The translations under genes were made by a program, and so were the position numbers. A DNA stretch of 64,000 nucleotides, taken from NCBI RefSeq assembly GCF_009914755.1, contig NC_060930.1; one strand, given 5' to 3'. The notes beneath the pieces are model-generated. The model made no database searches. It was given only the letters and a program-made list of their open reading frames with translations, and was not told where the DNA came from. Positions within the stretch are counted from its first letter, which is position 1; every line of letters starts with the position of its first letter. This DNA is from the human T2T-CHM13v2.0 reference genome, Homo sapiens. Shown here one piece after another: positions 61,482 to 64,000 of the stretch.

Positions 61482-63225
61482 TGCTTATCATAAGCATTTA
61501 TGTGCTGCTTTCTTTTACCACCAATCAGGAGCAATCCCACCAAAACCAGCAACTTTGTTAATCTCTTAGTCTTAGAAAAGAAATAAAATTGCCACCTCTT
61601 CCTCTCCCAAAACCACCATCCATCATTTTACTTATCTGCTACCAGAGGAAGAGGAAGCCAAGAGAATACAGGCCCTTGAGGAGGGGCTGCTCCCCTATTC
61701 CCGCCACAGTAAGCACAGCACTGCTTGCAACCAGAACTTCATTCATTAATTTTTTACAAAAGCAGGTGAGAAACATAATAGAGGAAAATGTAGTCCTAGC
61801 AGCAACAACATGAAGGCTGAATGAGTGGCTCCCACAGCACAGCCGAAACCCACCCCTTTAAGTGACGGAGAAGCTGAGGAACAGCTCTAATCCACGGATC
61901 GCCAGGAGACAGCACAGCTGGAAGGACCTGAGCCTTGCCCCTGGGCTTCTGCCATCTAAACATAGGAAACACTTGTGGCTTTCCACTAATGATGACACTG
62001 AATCCAGTATTCCTCCCACTCCTTTTTCAAAATAGCAGTGGGTATAAAAAGTCAAAGTTGTGCAGACAAGTGAGAAAAAGAAACAGACATCCGCAGACCC
62101 TCAGGCCCATTCCAGGCAGAACCGCCCGCTCCCCACACCCGCTGCTGGGGTCCACACTTTCTCCTTCTCATTCAGGACTCTTGATCGCGGGGCCTACCCA
62201 GATCCTTGCAGCATGCGGCACGGGTTCCACGTGTGCGTGGGCAGCCTGGCCTTTCTGTGCAGCATCCCCTGATCTCCACTGGCCTTTCCCCTCCACTCCA
62301 CTCAGTGACCCAGCCCAGGGCAGTCTTCCTGCTCGAAATTACACCATCGCCAAAATTCCGGCTGCCGCTCTCCGACCCGTTTCTTCTGGCAGCAGGCTGG
62401 TTCCTCGGCCCCACCGTGCTGACTCCTTGGCCTCCTGAACTCCTCATCCGGCCCTTCTCCGTTTTTTCAGCGGCTTCAACAGGACATTCAAATTCCCTTT
62501 CCGCTGCCTCCACCTGGTAAAATCCCACCGGAGTGCAGCTTTCCCTCCTCCTGCTCCAGGAGGTGCTGAGCTGAGCACTGCTGGGTGGAGTCAGGCACAG
62601 GGCAGGGGGGTCCTGAGCCAGTCCTCATCAGCCCCCCATGGCCTGCACATTGCTGCCTGGCAATCTAAGGCTTCTTGCTTTATCTCAACGTCCATTTTAC
62701 TCTAAACCACTTCAAACCTCCACTTCCTGCCCCACACTTCCATTCTTAGCAGACAACTTCCCCTACTTCACACACAGAAACCCAAAGCCATCAGTGTGAA
62801 CTCCCTTACCTTCCTGCTGCCACCAAACCACCAAACACACCAACTAAGAACACCCATGCTCTTGTCCTTTCCTGGTTCCCACAGAGCTGAGATCCACCTG
62901 TCCACCCTGCTTTACAGCCAACCCCTTACCTGCTCAAGGAATTGATGCTATTGGGCTTTTTCCTCTAGTGAACATGTTCTCACTCTCTGAAAATGCGTCC
63001 ATCAACTTTTAAACATGAAGTCCCTTCCATCTTAAACAGAAAGCTTACTTCACTTCACCTTCCAGCCTCTGTACACTCATACATCCATTCATCCATCCAT
63101 CCATCCATCCACTAACTGGCTCAATAAATACTGAGTGCTGCTATGTGCCTGTTCTAAGTGCTGGGTAAGGGATCCAGCTCCTGGTTAAAAATCTATGTGC
63201 TGGCTGCTACACCAAAAATATCATA

Positions 63226-64000
<775 letters not shown>

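Overview
Primate (almost certainly human, chr6q27) genomic DNA, not microbial. It contains the single-CDS-exon gene PRR18 (minus strand, 36182-37069, 295 aa, inside a CpG island) and coding exons 2-8 of SFT2D1 (minus strand, 49137-59168; exon 1 lies beyond the right edge). The 5' part of an HNRNPA1 processed pseudogene starts at about 63478. The rest is Alu, L1, L2, MIR, LTR and DNA-transposon remnants plus tandem repeats. The most unusual structures are: (i) a ~7.5 kb structured (TA)-derived array (10598-18120) with layered sub-domains, including a 38-bp higher-order unit; (ii) a 5'-truncated mosaic endogenous retrovirus (about 42826-46573) that joins HERV-I-like pol, HERV-W-like gag-pro and betaretroviral integrase pieces under one betaretroviral-type LTR; (iii) candidate alternative splice signals in SFT2D1 and PRR18; (iv) small retrotransposition and repair scars. 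I cannot support a new multi-gene system from this sequence. Repeat subfamily names come from recalled consensus sequences and need RepeatMasker/Dfam confirmation.
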